Shown: one piece after another, positions 27,135 through 37,560 of the stretch
Position numbering within the stretch: position 1 is the stretch's first letter
Layout of the letters: every line of letters starts with the position of its first letter
NCBI GenBank assembly: GCA_022709525.1
Contig: JAKLIQ010000010.1
Location: 3,390-67,389 of the forward strand
Direction: 5' to 3'
Origin: Candidatus Omnitrophota bacterium
GTDB lineage: Bacteria > Omnitrophota > Omnitrophia > Omnitrophales > Aquincolibacteriaceae
Length of the DNA: 64,000 nt
Position numbers and translations under genes: made by a program
Notes under the pieces: model-generated
What the model was told of the DNA's origin: nothing
Databases searched by the model: none
Seen by the model: the letters and a program-made list of their open reading frames with translations, nothing else

Positions 27135-30100
27135 TTAGAACTTTCCGGTCATGCGCACGAAAGGCCCATTCGTTTTGAAATCATTCGAATCGCGAAGATC
27201 ATCGCTGAAATCGCTGAAATTATACCCCACTCCGAGCCGCACGTATTCATAAAATTCGCGGTCCACTTCGACCAGCGCGCCCTGTTTGAAACCGTCAAGG
27301 GCTGAACCCTCCACCCGAATACGGTACTCAAGGGCGATATCCCATTTGCGCGTCACGTGGAAATTGATCCGGTTCGCGGTAAGGAACGTATTGACCGAGA
27401 CGGTGTCGCCGACGGAAGTCTTGAGCGTCGAGCGTTTGAAAGCCAGCTTTTCGACGAACCCGAAATAGCGGTTCACGTCATAGGCGATATCGGTCGCGGC
27501 GATATGAGCCGACGTATCGAACTGATAATTATTGTAGTAACCATTGTCAAACTGCTGGTCGGCGCCAAGGTCCTTCAAGTAGGTATAACGGGCCAGCATG
27601 TTCAATTTATCGCAGCGGACCGGCCGGATCGCGAACCCTGTTGAAAGCTCGGCAAAAGCCGCGGGAGTATTGCCGGGGTCCCGCTCCCGGCTGTCGCCAT
27701 AGTTAAAACTCGTGAGAAATGAAACATCCTCATTGATCTGGTAATTCACGGAATTCCGCGTCACGATCTGGTTCATCTTGGGCACATCCTGATCAATACG
27801 GAGTTCCCAGTAAGTGCGCGCGCGGAGTTTCTTCCCGTCGGCGTAAGCCAGATTGCCGCTCACCACGTTGAAAGCGTTATTGACCGCGAGCGCTTGCTGG
27901 GCCGCGATATCGATCAGCCGCGTGGTCGCGTTCTGGAGGCGCCTGCGCTCAAACTTCCCGCCAAAATCCAAGTGATCCCCGGCCCGCCCTTCGTAACCGA
28001 GGATATCTGAATAACCATCCTGCCCTTGATAAGACGAATGCTCGCGCTCGGAATAGATGCGCGATTTCTCGGTCAGCGCGAAAGAGTTCCCGATCGCGGT
28101 CGAAAGGATCCGGTCGCCGATCCCGCGATCCACGGAGCGGATGTTCGCATAGCTGCGGGCGCCTTTCCCGTGCTGGCGCTCAAATCCAAAATAGGTCGAA
28201 TCGCCGAGAGGCCCGATCATTTCTTCCAGGTAAGCATAAAGATTGTTGACCACTTCGTAACGGACGCCGCCGCCGAATTGGTAATCCTTTTTGCCGTCGA
28301 TCGCAAGCTGCGTTTTGACATAGGGCAGGAGCCGGTCATTGATGTGATAACCAACTTTTCCGGTAACGCCGTTGGCGAAAGATAATTGATTATCGACGGT
28401 CGGGAAAAGATTCGCAAGATCATCAACCTCGTCCAGGTTCCGGTTCTGGTATTCAAGTTCCGCCAGATACTGCCCGTCGTCATAAACGATCTGGGCGGTC
28501 TGCGTCACAAGCTCTTGGAACGGCGCCTGGGTGTTCGTGGCTTCAAGCGGCATCACCTGGTTTAAAACGCTGTCGTGATCAAAGCGATAACGGATGGCTA
28601 AGTTGTCGTTGAACTTGTATTTCGCGGAAACACCGTATTTTTCAAGGCCTTCCTGGCTCCGGATGTAACCGTTCGAAAAAGTCGGGTTCACGCCCTGGAG
28701 ATAACCCGTTGTTTCCAGGTTCTTGACGGGTTCGGAGGAAGCCCGGATCAGATAAGCGCTTTCGGGCACCCGGATATGTCTTCCCGAAACAGAACTTAGA
28801 TCGGCATAGCTAATGCCGCCGTCATAAGAAACGGAATTTGATGTTTGCTGGCCCTGGGTTGTGGCATATTCGGCGGTGATTTTGGTATTGCGGCCGAACT
28901 TAAACATCGCATCAACGCCGCGCATGTCGTAATCGTTTCCGGTGCGTTTCTCCTCAACAGCCGTCGCGCCGATCCTCAGATGATCCCCCACCCAGGTGTA
29001 TCCCCGGATACCGCGGTTCGGAACCGAAGTGCTGTCATTGCTGGGATCGTATTCATAATCGACGATCAAATAAACCGGGCTTCCGTCCAGAATATCCACT
29101 GAAGTCAAGGTATCTGTTGCGGCGACCGAAGAAAGCGGCCGGGAAAGCAGGATGCGCCCCTCTTCGTAATTGATCTCGTAATCAGTGCCCGCCTGCAAGT
29201 CATAACTTGAAACGGTCATATCCTGGATCTTGTCGCGGATCTCAACGCGGATCTTTTCGCTGCCTTCGATGATGTTACGATTGCGGGTATAAAAAAGTGA
29301 GCCGCCCGTCGCGTAAAGCTCATTATGGTCGGCCTGATGCTCGGAATTTGCAGAAAAAACCTTGAATCCACGCTTAGGATCGCCATAGACGGTGCTTGCG
29401 ATGGTATCGAAGCTGACCTTCAGACCCGAAAGCGTGCGATTGTAAGTGGCAAGTTCCGTATCCGTGAATTCCGTCTTGAAACTGCCCCATTTCACATAAG
29501 ACCGGTCCATCTCCACAAGAACATAAAGCCGCTGGGCGGTGTCATGAGCTTCATAATCGCGCGTGGAACCGTCGCCATAGATCGGATAATAATCGTTCGG
29601 GTTCATGCTTGTAAAAAGCGCGGTTTGCTCGTCGGAAGTGTCGTAACGCGCCTTCACGAGGAATTTCCCTTTGAGCTTCCCTTTCAGGAAAAAGGCCATC
29701 CGGCCTTCCTGGCGGAAGCCGTCCCGGTAGACATCCGAATCCGCCGCCTCCATCGCGCCGCTTGCGAAATTCTCGCCGAGCTGTTCCTCGGCCAAAGCCA
29801 CCATAAAGAACGTGCTGTCCTTGACCTTCACGCTTTTTTTGAAGCTTGTCACTTCGCCCTCGGGCGTGACCGCCGAGATATTCACATCGTATTCCCCGGG
29901 CTCCACGATAAATTCTTTCTGGAACATGCCGTTCTCCCCGTCTACGACCACCGGCATATCGTTGATCTTGATCGTGTTCTCGGGCTTAGTTTTCCCCTGC
30001 ACGCGAACTACGGGTTTGGCGATAAGCGGGATACTGCGTTTGCCGTCTTTAAAAATGTTGAAATCGCCGATCGGCGGGATCTCGGGATGATAATTGGGCT

Positions 30101-31850
30101 TCGCTTTCGGGTTCAGTTTGGTCATGACCTCAAAAAATTTCAGCGCCGTCCAATCTTCGCGGTTCTTGGCGTCCCGTACTTTTAACTGATAAGAATAGAT
30201 GCCGGGCTTGACCAAAAGACCCGATTCGGTAAGCCCGGACCAAACCACTTCAGGAGGCGGCTGACCGACGCCGTAGCCCGTCCAGACCGACTGGCCCATT
30301 TCGTCGCGGACTTCAAGGGTCCATTTTTTGACGAATTTCCCGTAACTGTTATCGAACGTAAAGACCGGTTCTTTTTCGAGAACGCCGACGCCAAGCTTTA
30401 AAACATCCGGTTCTACTTTGACGTCAAGCGTCGGCTGTGAAACATCCGCGCCCTGCGTGACCATCACCATCAGGTCTTTTTGAAAATTTTCCGGGATCCC
30501 CGAGGGCGGCAGAAGCACCGCGAAATTCGCCTTATTCATGATGCCGGGAGTGGTTTTTACAAGATAAGCTTCTTCGGTGATGAATTTTGTGCCCTCCGGA
30601 AGACTGTGTCCGTCGATCTTGACCACATGACGGCCGGGATCAACGCCGGGAATATGATAGCGCCCATGTTCGTCGGTCACGATCCCGACGCCCTGCTCGG
30701 TATAAAGCCGGGCCCACGGAACGCCTTCTTCGCCGCAATCCTGGACCGCGTTCTGGTTCTTGTCGTTAAAGACCTTTCCGATGATCGTCCCCTGCTCAAA
30801 GACAGGGTCCCCCTGCACCGAAAATTTTACATCTACCGTTTGGGATAATTGTCCTGGATAAACTCCTCCCGTAATCGCATCTACCGCATCGCCGTTCAAA
30901 GCTGCCTGCAGAGAATAATTTTTCCCTAGCTGAACGCCGCTACTAACAAGCATGACATAACTTACGCTGATTTCCTGATTAGGGGTCATCGTCCCAACAT
31001 TCACGATCAGAGAGCCATCTCGATAGCTTGCGGAGCGCCCATTCATACGAATAGATTTATTCGCATAATCAAAACCATTCGGAAGCTTAAAACTCATTTC
31101 GACATTTTGATAGTTGGCGCCGGAAGCATTTTTAAAATAGGCGTTGATCCCCACAGCATCCCCTGGGGATACATTTCGTTTGGAAGCCGCCACGGTTAGC
31201 TTGGCGGGATTAATCTCTGCGTTGGCTTGAGTGACCACTAAATGTCTTAACGTTACGGCTCCCGCAGTCCTAACTGTTTTGATCGTAAAAACAACCAACT
31301 GGGTTTCTTCAGGGGCTATTCCCGCTATCGAAAATAGGGGGTAACCGCTTCCGGGAAGTGCCGTGCCGGTACGAATTTGGGTGCCGGTATCTGACAACTG
31401 CACCTGACTGATCAACGGGGTCGATCCATCGATCATTTTTTTTCTAAATTCAATGGCAATATCACCATAGTTAGTTCCGCCAGTAAGATCCGTTTCCGCA
31501 TTTACACTAAAAACAGCATAATCGCCCGGCTTGATATTGTTAGAAGTTTGAAATGTGAATCGGAAAGTCGCAGAATCAGGAAGCTGGAGAGCGCCGCTGG
31601 TTGGCACAGGTGTAAAAGCTGGGAGGACCGGAACAGCAACAGGAGCAACGGTTATGCGAGTTGCACCATTCGCATTGTCCCAATTGCCGGCTGTACCATT
31701 TCCAATAGGCTGACTGAAATTGCTGTTACCGAGGATATTTGCGAAAGCGGAAGGGATGACGGTTGTCGTCAAAAAAAGAAAAGCCAAAACCCCGGCAAGG
31801 AATTTTGTAGCGATCCTATTTTTTTTATGAGTTATGTTTTGATTTATCAT
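27135..31850 (-). CDS. Giant (1571 aa) secreted/outer-membrane protein. N-terminal Ig-like/CarboxypepD_reg-like repeats are followed by a ~900-aa predicted beta-barrel region.
   Basis: There is a signal peptide. A segment GKVFNDKNQNAVQDCGEEGVPWARLYTEQGVGIVTDEHGRYHIPGVDPGRHVVK resembles a carboxypeptidase-regulatory/SdrD-B-like fold. The C-terminal half is rich in alternating Tyr/Gly/Asn/Asp beta-strand patterns and ends ...RMTGKF (a C-terminal Phe). Confidence 0.5.
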   Translation of the reverse strand: MINQNITHKKNRIATKFLAGVLAFLFLTTTVIPSAFANILGNSNFSQPIGNGTAGNWDNANGATRITVAPVAVPVLPAFTPVPTSGALQLPDSATFRFTFQTSNNIKPGDYAVFSVNAETDLTGGTNYGDIAIEFRKKMIDGSTPLISQVQLSDTGTQIRTGTALPGSGYPLFSIAGIAPEETQLVVFTIKTVRTAGAVTLRHLVVTQANAEINPAKLTVAASKRNVSPGDAVGINAYFKNASGANYQNVEMSFKLPNGFDYANKSIRMNGRSASYRDGSLIVNVGTMTPNQEISVSYVMLVSSGVQLGKNYSLQAALNGDAVDAITGGVYPGQLSQTVDVKFSVQGDPVFEQGTIIGKVFNDKNQNAVQDCGEEGVPWARLYTEQGVGIVTDEHGRYHIPGVDPGRHVVKIDGHSLPEGTKFITEEAYLVKTTPGIMNKANFAVLLPPSGIPENFQKDLMVMVTQGADVSQPTLDVKVEPDVLKLGVGVLEKEPVFTFDNSYGKFVKKWTLEVRDEMGQSVWTGYGVGQPPPEVVWSGLTESGLLVKPGIYSYQLKVRDAKNREDWTALKFFEVMTKLNPKAKPNYHPEIPPIGDFNIFKDGKRSIPLIAKPVVRVQGKTKPENTIKINDMPVVVDGENGMFQKEFIVEPGEYDVNISAVTPEGEVTSFKKSVKVKDSTFFMVALAEEQLGENFASGAMEAADSDVYRDGFRQEGRMAFFLKGKLKGKFLVKARYDTSDEQTALFTSMNPNDYYPIYGDGSTRDYEAHDTAQRLYVLVEMDRSYVKWGSFKTEFTDTELATYNRTLSGLKVSFDTIASTVYGDPKRGFKVFSANSEHQADHNELYATGGSLFYTRNRNIIEGSEKIRVEIRDKIQDMTVSSYDLQAGTDYEINYEEGRILLSRPLSSVAATDTLTSVDILDGSPVYLIVDYEYDPSNDSTSVPNRGIRGYTWVGDHLRIGATAVEEKRTGNDYDMRGVDAMFKFGRNTKITAEYATTQGQQTSNSVSYDGGISYADLSSVSGRHIRVPESAYLIRASSEPVKNLETTGYLQGVNPTFSNGYIRSQEGLEKYGVSAKYKFNDNLAIRYRFDHDSVLNQVMPLEATNTQAPFQELVTQTAQIVYDDGQYLAELEYQNRNLDEVDDLANLFPTVDNQLSFANGVTGKVGYHINDRLLPYVKTQLAIDGKKDYQFGGGVRYEVVNNLYAYLEEMIGPLGDSTYFGFERQHGKGARSYANIRSVDRGIGDRILSTAIGNSFALTEKSRIYSEREHSSYQGQDGYSDILGYEGRAGDHLDFGGKFERRRLQNATTRLIDIAAQQALAVNNAFNVVSGNLAYADGKKLRARTYWELRIDQDVPKMNQIVTRNSVNYQINEDVSFLTSFNYGDSRERDPGNTPAAFAELSTGFAIRPVRCDKLNMLARYTYLKDLGADQQFDNGYYNNYQFDTSAHIAATDIAYDVNRYFGFVEKLAFKRSTLKTSVGDTVSVNTFLTANRINFHVTRKWDIALEYRIRVEGSALDGFKQGALVEVDREFYEYVRLGVGYNFSDFSDDLRDSNDFKTNGPFVRMTGKF

Positions 31851-31857
31851 TTTAGAA

Positions 31858-33717
31858 TTAGAACCGCCGGCTGGAGAACTTGACGCCGAAGCGGAGGTCG
31901 TAAGTGGGGACCAAAGGCGGCTTGCCGTCCTGCTTGACGCGCTGAGCGTCCCCGATGCCGCACCATTCGCCGAACACCGCGGTCTTGGAAAGCCACTCGT
32001 TCTCTTTCCACCGGTAGGTCCTGAAAGGCATCCACCGTATGCCTGCCGCCAGGTAATACTGGTTCTGATACCAGAATGAGAATTTCGAGTTGTTCACATG
32101 CTCGAAGCGCATGTAGGGCATGAGGACCAGTTCGTCATTGATGTAGTTGTGCGGAAGAGGAATGCCGGGTAGTTTGACGCCCATGATGATCGAGGAGTTG
32201 GCGATGAAGGCGTTGAAGCTTTGCTCGGAATTAAAACCGGTCTTGGAAACGTAGTAATCCCCGAAATACTCGCCCCAAACATACTGCCGGATATAATCGG
32301 TGAACTTCTCCGGTTTGCCCTCATCAAGCGGCGGTAGCTCGGTGCCCCATTCGTAGTAGCACTGAACGCCCCAGATAAGATCGTAATCGTTGCTGTTGGT
32401 GACCTCGCCTTTGATGTTTTTCCGGTCGCCGTATTTGATATAAAAACGGTAGTTGCGCATCCATTCCAGGATCGGGATGTCGCCGAACGGCCGGAAATTA
32501 TAAAGCCAGGCATTCCGCGCCAGGGGGCGCCATTCCAAACCGGCGTAAAGTTGAAGATTGTTGGTCCAGGTGGTGGAGGTCGAATCCATGCTGACCGTGG
32601 CTTCAAGAAAAGGATCGATCGTGTGAAGCGGAAAACGGATGCCCTTGAACACTAAACGGTTGGTCCAGTAGCCGACCTGGTTATCATAGTGATTGCTCGC
32701 GAGATTCGTCAAACGCCAGCTCGTTTCGCCGAAAGACTGCCAGACGATATTCTCGCCGCACGGAACACCTTGGAAGACCCCGAACATCTTTTCGCCGATA
32801 TCCATCTGGTCGGTGAACTTGAGGATAAGTTCTTCTTCTTTTTTGTATTGAGCCGGGCTTTTGACTTCGACGGGTTTTTCTTCTTCGGCCGGGATATAGG
32901 CCGGCGCGTCACGGACGGCCTGGGCAAAATCGCCGCCTTGTGTTTCGATCATGGTCTTGACGGAAACGATCTCGCCCGTGGCTCCTTCCGGGGTCGTGAA
33001 CGCTTTGTCCCCCACCCAAAAAAGGTCGGCAGCCTTCCCTTTCGCGTCGGGAATGGAGAGCTGGCGTATTTCCACGCCTTCAAAATTAGCGGTCTTGCCG
33101 TTCTTCTTGATGTAATCATCGACGGATTTTATGTCCGGCAGGCCGGAAAGATAACGGGACCTTACAACGCCGCCGCCAAAATCGGTGACGACGGAATATT
33201 CGGCTTTCTGTTCGCGGGAATGGGTCTTGAGGACAGGAAATCCCCGCACCTCATTGATCTTGTGGTTCAGCTTTTGATCGGCGGGAGCAAAAAAATGTTC
33301 GGCAAAAAGATTGGGGGCGGGTTTTGTTTCAACCGCAGGTTCCGCATCCGGTTTGGGTTCGGGTCGCGCGTTTTCTTCCGGCGTCACGATCTCGATCGCC
33401 GGCTGAGCGATTGTTGAAGGAGACGGTGGCTGAGCTTCAGCTGCCGGTTCCGCTATATTTTTCACTTCTTCAGAAGCGGAAGGCGCCGGACTGGACACAG
33501 ACAGAACTTCAGGGGCTGACGCCGTTACGGTTTTTATTTCCTGATCGGCGGGCGAAACTTCCGAAGAGGGCGCGGGCTGAACGGCGGGCTCTTCCGCTGC
33601 CGGAACGGCTGAAGATCCTTCGACGGGAATCTGAACGGTTTCGTCAGCAAAGACAAAAAAGGAAACGGACAGAGAGAAGGCGATGAAAAAAGTTAAAACT
33701 TTTTTAATTCTCATCAC
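31858..33717 (-). CDS. Secreted protein (619 aa) with a Pro/Ala/Glu-rich linker and a C-terminal W/Y-rich predicted beta-barrel domain
   Basis: The signal peptide is MMRIKKVLTFFIAFSLSVSFFVFA. It has a low-complexity PA/E linker, and the C-terminus reads ...FGVKFSSRRF (terminal Phe). It sits 7 bp upstream of the giant-protein gene. Confidence 0.45.
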   Translation of the reverse strand: MMRIKKVLTFFIAFSLSVSFFVFADETVQIPVEGSSAVPAAEEPAVQPAPSSEVSPADQEIKTVTASAPEVLSVSSPAPSASEEVKNIAEPAAEAQPPSPSTIAQPAIEIVTPEENARPEPKPDAEPAVETKPAPNLFAEHFFAPADQKLNHKINEVRGFPVLKTHSREQKAEYSVVTDFGGGVVRSRYLSGLPDIKSVDDYIKKNGKTANFEGVEIRQLSIPDAKGKAADLFWVGDKAFTTPEGATGEIVSVKTMIETQGGDFAQAVRDAPAYIPAEEEKPVEVKSPAQYKKEEELILKFTDQMDIGEKMFGVFQGVPCGENIVWQSFGETSWRLTNLASNHYDNQVGYWTNRLVFKGIRFPLHTIDPFLEATVSMDSTSTTWTNNLQLYAGLEWRPLARNAWLYNFRPFGDIPILEWMRNYRFYIKYGDRKNIKGEVTNSNDYDLIWGVQCYYEWGTELPPLDEGKPEKFTDYIRQYVWGEYFGDYYVSKTGFNSEQSFNAFIANSSIIMGVKLPGIPLPHNYINDELVLMPYMRFEHVNNSKFSFWYQNQYYLAAGIRWMPFRTYRWKENEWLSKTAVFGEWCGIGDAQRVKQDGKPPLVPTYDLRFGVKFSSRRF

Positions 33718-33776
33718 CGGTAAGTTTTTTCTTTTTTTGTTGTAAAGCGTTGCACCGCTTAGGGAAAGAAAAAGCG

Positions 33777-34577
33777 CTAGGCCATTCCCAGCACTTGCTG
33801 CATATGATAAAGACCCTGCTTCTTTTTCGCAAGGAATTTTGCCGCCAGGAGAGCCCCCCTAGCAAAGGCTTCCCGAGAGGAGGCCTTGTGCACTAATTCC
33901 ACCTTTTCTCCGTCGCCGAAGAAAGAAATGGTGTGGTCCCCGATAACATCCCCGCCGCGAAGGGCGAAAACGCCTATTTTCCCTCGAGGACGGGCGCCCG
34001 TCTCCCCTTCGCGCCCGTAGATCACGTCTTTCATGGTCCGGCCGCGAGCCTTCAGCAGGATCTCAAGGAGTTTTAAAGCTGTGCCGCTTGGAGCGTCTTT
34101 TTTCATCCGGTGATGGACTTCCTGGATCTCAAGATCATAACTTTCATCCAGGATGTCCCCGGCAAGAGCGGCCAGCTTGAAAAGGAGGTTCACGCCCACG
34201 CTCATGTTGGGCGATTGCACGATCGGGATCTTTTTTGAAGCCTCCCGGATCTGCCGCACCATGGCAGCGGGAATCGCCGTGGTACCGATCACGCAAGCCG
34301 TATGTGTTTTTACGGCCGCTTTGAGATTTTCCGGAAGCGCCGAAAAATGGCTGAAATCGACCAGGACATCGGCGTTTTTAAGCGCGGCGGTCGCGTCCTG
34401 CGTCACTTTCACTCCCATCAGGTCGCAGCCGATCATGGGGCCAAGGTCCTGGCCTAAACCGGCGTGCCCGCGCTGCTCGAGCCCGCCGACGATCTTGAAG
34501 GTTTTGTCGCGGCTCGCGAGCTGAAGAACGATCTTCCCCATCCGGCCCAGCGCACCCGCCATCGCGAGTCTGATCAT
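33777..34577 (-). CDS. dapB: 4-hydroxy-tetrahydrodipicolinate reductase
   Basis: 266 aa. The N-terminus reads MIRLAMAGALGRMGK. The fold and length match DapB. It overlaps dapA by 4 bp. Confidence 0.9.
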   Translation of the reverse strand: MIRLAMAGALGRMGKIVLQLASRDKTFKIVGGLEQRGHAGLGQDLGPMIGCDLMGVKVTQDATAALKNADVLVDFSHFSALPENLKAAVKTHTACVIGTTAIPAAMVRQIREASKKIPIVQSPNMSVGVNLLFKLAALAGDILDESYDLEIQEVHHRMKKDAPSGTALKLLEILLKARGRTMKDVIYGREGETGARPRGKIGVFALRGGDVIGDHTISFFGDGEKVELVHKASSREAFARGALLAAKFLAKKKQGLYHMQQVLGMA

Positions 34578-35467
34578 TTCAGAACCCCCAATTTTCTTAG
34601 GACTGCTTCGAGTTTCTTTTTATTTTCTAGACCCATTTCGCAAAGCGGCAAACGTAATTCCGGCTTGATCATGCCCATCATCCCAAGGGCGGTCTTCACA
34701 GGGATCGGGTTCGTTTCGATAAAAGCCGCTTTAGAGAACGGATAAAGCATCTTATGCATTGAACGCGCTTCTTCCATGTTCCCGTCCAAGGCCGCAGCGA
34801 CCATGCCTTTGACGAGTTTCGGAACCACGTTCGCCGTGACCGAGATCACGCCGCAAGCTCCGATCGCGATCAAAGGATAGGTCAGCGAGTCTTCGCCTGA
34901 AATGACGGGCAGGTCGCAAAGTTGCATGATCTGATCGGCCTGGTCCATGCTGCCGCTTGCTTCCTTGATCGCGACGATATTATCGATCTTGGAAAGACGC
35001 GCGGCGGTTTCCGGAGCGATCGAAACGCCCGTGCGGCCCGGCACGTTATAAAGCACTATCGGGATATCCGCGCGGCTCGCCAGATACTCATAGTGACGGT
35101 AAAGGCCTTCCTGTGTCGGTTTGTTGTAATAAGGCGTTACCACGAGCGCACCGTCGGCCTTGATCTTTTTGGCATGCTGGACAAGCCCGAGCGCTTCAGC
35201 GGTATTGTTCGAACCGCAGCCGCAGAGCACGGGGATGCGGTGGTTGATATACTCGACCACAAAAGTCAGCGTGTCGCGATGCTCCTCATGCGACAAGGTC
35301 GCAGACTCGCCTGTGGTGCCGCAAGGAACGATCACGTCCGTGCCGGCTTTGAGATGAAAATCCAAAAGGCCTTTGAGCGCTTTTTTATCCACCTTGCCGT
35401 CTCGGAACGGCGTGATCAACGCGACCATGGAACCTTCAAACATTGCTTTCGTTTTTTTCTTCCTCAT
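34574..35467 (-). CDS. dapA: 4-hydroxy-tetrahydrodipicolinate synthase
   Basis: Motifs ALITPF, PCGTTGES and YNVPGRTG match DapA. Its ATGA start overlaps the dapF stop. An alternative start lies at MFEGS, at 35443. Confidence 0.9.
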   Translation of the reverse strand: MRKKKTKAMFEGSMVALITPFRDGKVDKKALKGLLDFHLKAGTDVIVPCGTTGESATLSHEEHRDTLTFVVEYINHRIPVLCGCGSNNTAEALGLVQHAKKIKADGALVVTPYYNKPTQEGLYRHYEYLASRADIPIVLYNVPGRTGVSIAPETAARLSKIDNIVAIKEASGSMDQADQIMQLCDLPVISGEDSLTYPLIAIGACGVISVTANVVPKLVKGMVAAALDGNMEEARSMHKMLYPFSKAAFIETNPIPVKTALGMMGMIKPELRLPLCEMGLENKKKLEAVLRKLGVLK

Positions 35468-36276
35468 AGAAAATACTCCCCTTTGTAAACGAATTGGGCC
35501 CTGCCTTCCAAAAAGACCTTTGTGATCTCCTCGCCTTTGCGCTGGATCTCGATCTTGAGTTTTTCGCCGCTCTTGGTCAGCACGCTTACCGGCGATTCGA
35601 CGCTGCCTTTAAGAACGCTCACGACCGCTGAGGCCGTCGAGCCCGTCCCGCACGCGAGCGTTTCATTTTCGACGCCGCGTTCGTAAGTGCGGACCGCGAT
35701 CTCTTTTTTGCTCTTGATCTCGACAAAATTCACGTTGGTCCCGAACGGCTGAAAATGCGTGTGATGGCGGACCGCGCGCCCCGTTTCAAAGACATCGATC
35801 TTTTCAAGATCTTCGACAAAAATCACCGTATGCGGCACGCCCGTATCAAGGAACGTGTAACGCAAGCGGCTTTTAGGAATATCCAAAAAACCGTCCGGTT
35901 CAAAAATGCGCGGCTTGACGAGCTGGACCCTGACATTTTCCTTGGATCCGACCTCGGCTTCGATCAGGCCGGACCCGGACTCAAAGATCATGCGCGGCGA
36001 ATACTTCAGGACGCCGTGCGCGTAAAGCGCGATGCAGCGGAATCCGTTCCCGCAGGCCGCCGCTTCCGATCCGTCCGGATTAATGATGCGCATCTTGAAA
36101 TTGGCCGTTTTGGAATTCTCAAAAAGCAAAAGTCCGTCGGCCCCGGCGCCAAGATGGGGCCGGCATATTTCGCGAGCCAAAGCGATGGGGTCCTTCACGG
36201 CCCCGCGGGTGTTATCCACCACCACGAAATCGTTCCCGGAGGCGACCATTTTGTAAAAAGGAATAGCGCTGCGCAT
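35464..36276 (-). CDS. dapF: Diaminopimelate epimerase
   Basis: 270 aa. It has the SGNDF motif near the N-terminus and two catalytic Cys (GNGFRC, CGTGS). Confidence 0.9.
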   Translation of the reverse strand: MRSAIPFYKMVASGNDFVVVDNTRGAVKDPIALAREICRPHLGAGADGLLLFENSKTANFKMRIINPDGSEAAACGNGFRCIALYAHGVLKYSPRMIFESGSGLIEAEVGSKENVRVQLVKPRIFEPDGFLDIPKSRLRYTFLDTGVPHTVIFVEDLEKIDVFETGRAVRHHTHFQPFGTNVNFVEIKSKKEIAVRTYERGVENETLACGTGSTASAVVSVLKGSVESPVSVLTKSGEKLKIEIQRKGEEITKVFLEGRAQFVYKGEYFL

Positions 36277-36375
36277 AGTAAGTCCTTATGGGGATTCTAG
36301 TTAAATCGGCGGTATTGTATCAAATCCGCCCTTAGGCGACTAGCGGAAAGGGATGCGGCGGCAAACCGGCCGGGA

Positions 36376-37554
36376 TCAGACTAAAATGATGCTGGCAGGC
36401 TCAAAACCGTTGAAATGAGGGACCGCGCTGGCGGAGGAATAGGCCCCGATATTCTTGGTGTAAACAATATCCCCGGGATAAAGCTCGGGCAATTCCTCAT
36501 TATTGGAAAGGATATCAAAGGAATCACAGGTCGGTCCGGCGAGCGTGCTCTTGTATTTGGGCCCGCGGCGCAGGGTCTTGAACTCGTATTTGCAGTGATC
36601 AAAGACCATCCCGGAAAAATCCTGGTAAACGCCGTCATTCAAGTAATAAAAGTTCTGGTTGTCACGGAATGCCCGGCCGATCACCTGTGTCACGAGGATC
36701 CCCGCAGGGCCCGCAAAAAAACGCCCCGGCTCGGCGATGAATTCGACTTGTTTCGGGAAAAGCAATTTCATTTGTTTGCGGATCACGGCGGCCATACGTT
36801 CAAAGTTGATGCCGATCTCGTTATCAAAATGCTGGATCGGAAAACCCCCGCCGATATCGACGATCTTAAGCGGCATACCGTTCTCCTTGGCCTCTTTGAA
36901 GATATTCGAGGTTAATTCCAGCGCCTGCAGGTAATTTTCAACGTTCGTGGATTGCGACCCGACATGGAAACTGACGCCCTTGGGCGCAAGCCCGAGGCTT
37001 TTCGCCTTTCGCAAAAGATAGAACGCCTGATCGGGTTCCGCGCCGAACTTAAGCGACAGCTGCACCACGCTCCCCCGGTTTGCGACTTTGATGCGGATGA
37101 TCACGTGCGCTTTCGGAAAACTTTCCGCGATCTTGTAAAGCTCGGCTTCGTTGTCAAAAGTCATAAGACGGACGCCGCGGCGGCGCGCGGCGGCAAGGTC
37201 TTCTTTGGATTTGATCGTATTGGCAAAAATGATCCGGCTCGGCGAAACGCCGTGCTTTAAGACCGCTTTCATTTCGGCGGCACTCGCCACATCAAAGCTT
37301 GCGCCGAGTTCGGCAAAGGTTCTTACGATCTTCGGGTTCGGATTGGCTTTGATGGCATAATAAGGCATCACTTCGGGGAACGCTTTTTTAAAACGCGCGA
37401 ATTGTTTCTCGAGAACACTTTTACGGATCAGCATAAAAGGGGTTTTATGCTTTTTAAGCATCGTGCGGATAAGATTCTCGACGCCGGAGATCTCCGCGGG
37501 TTTGGATTTCAGCGACGCCGGCGCGTTTCCGTTCAGTAACGGAGACTGTTTCAT
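36376..37554 (-). CDS. PLP-dependent ornithine/lysine decarboxylase (alanine-racemase-fold, ODC-like)
   Basis: 392 aa. It has a YAIKANPNP PLP-lysine motif, a GGGFPI motif, and a CDSFD substrate-binding motif typical of fold-III decarboxylases. It is adjacent to homospermidine synthase. Confidence 0.65.
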   Translation of the reverse strand: MKQSPLLNGNAPASLKSKPAEISGVENLIRTMLKKHKTPFMLIRKSVLEKQFARFKKAFPEVMPYYAIKANPNPKIVRTFAELGASFDVASAAEMKAVLKHGVSPSRIIFANTIKSKEDLAAARRRGVRLMTFDNEAELYKIAESFPKAHVIIRIKVANRGSVVQLSLKFGAEPDQAFYLLRKAKSLGLAPKGVSFHVGSQSTNVENYLQALELTSNIFKEAKENGMPLKIVDIGGGFPIQHFDNEIGINFERMAAVIRKQMKLLFPKQVEFIAEPGRFFAGPAGILVTQVIGRAFRDNQNFYYLNDGVYQDFSGMVFDHCKYEFKTLRRGPKYKSTLAGPTCDSFDILSNNEELPELYPGDIVYTKNIGAYSSASAVPHFNGFEPASIILV

Positions 37555-37560
37555 CGGATC

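Noticed and set aside
36277-36375. Possible lysine riboswitch (L-box) or T-box upstream of the dap genes
   Set aside because: The dap genes sit inside the long co-directional operon, with only about 100 bp before dapF. That spacer lacks the length (~180 nt) and conserved helices of an L-box.
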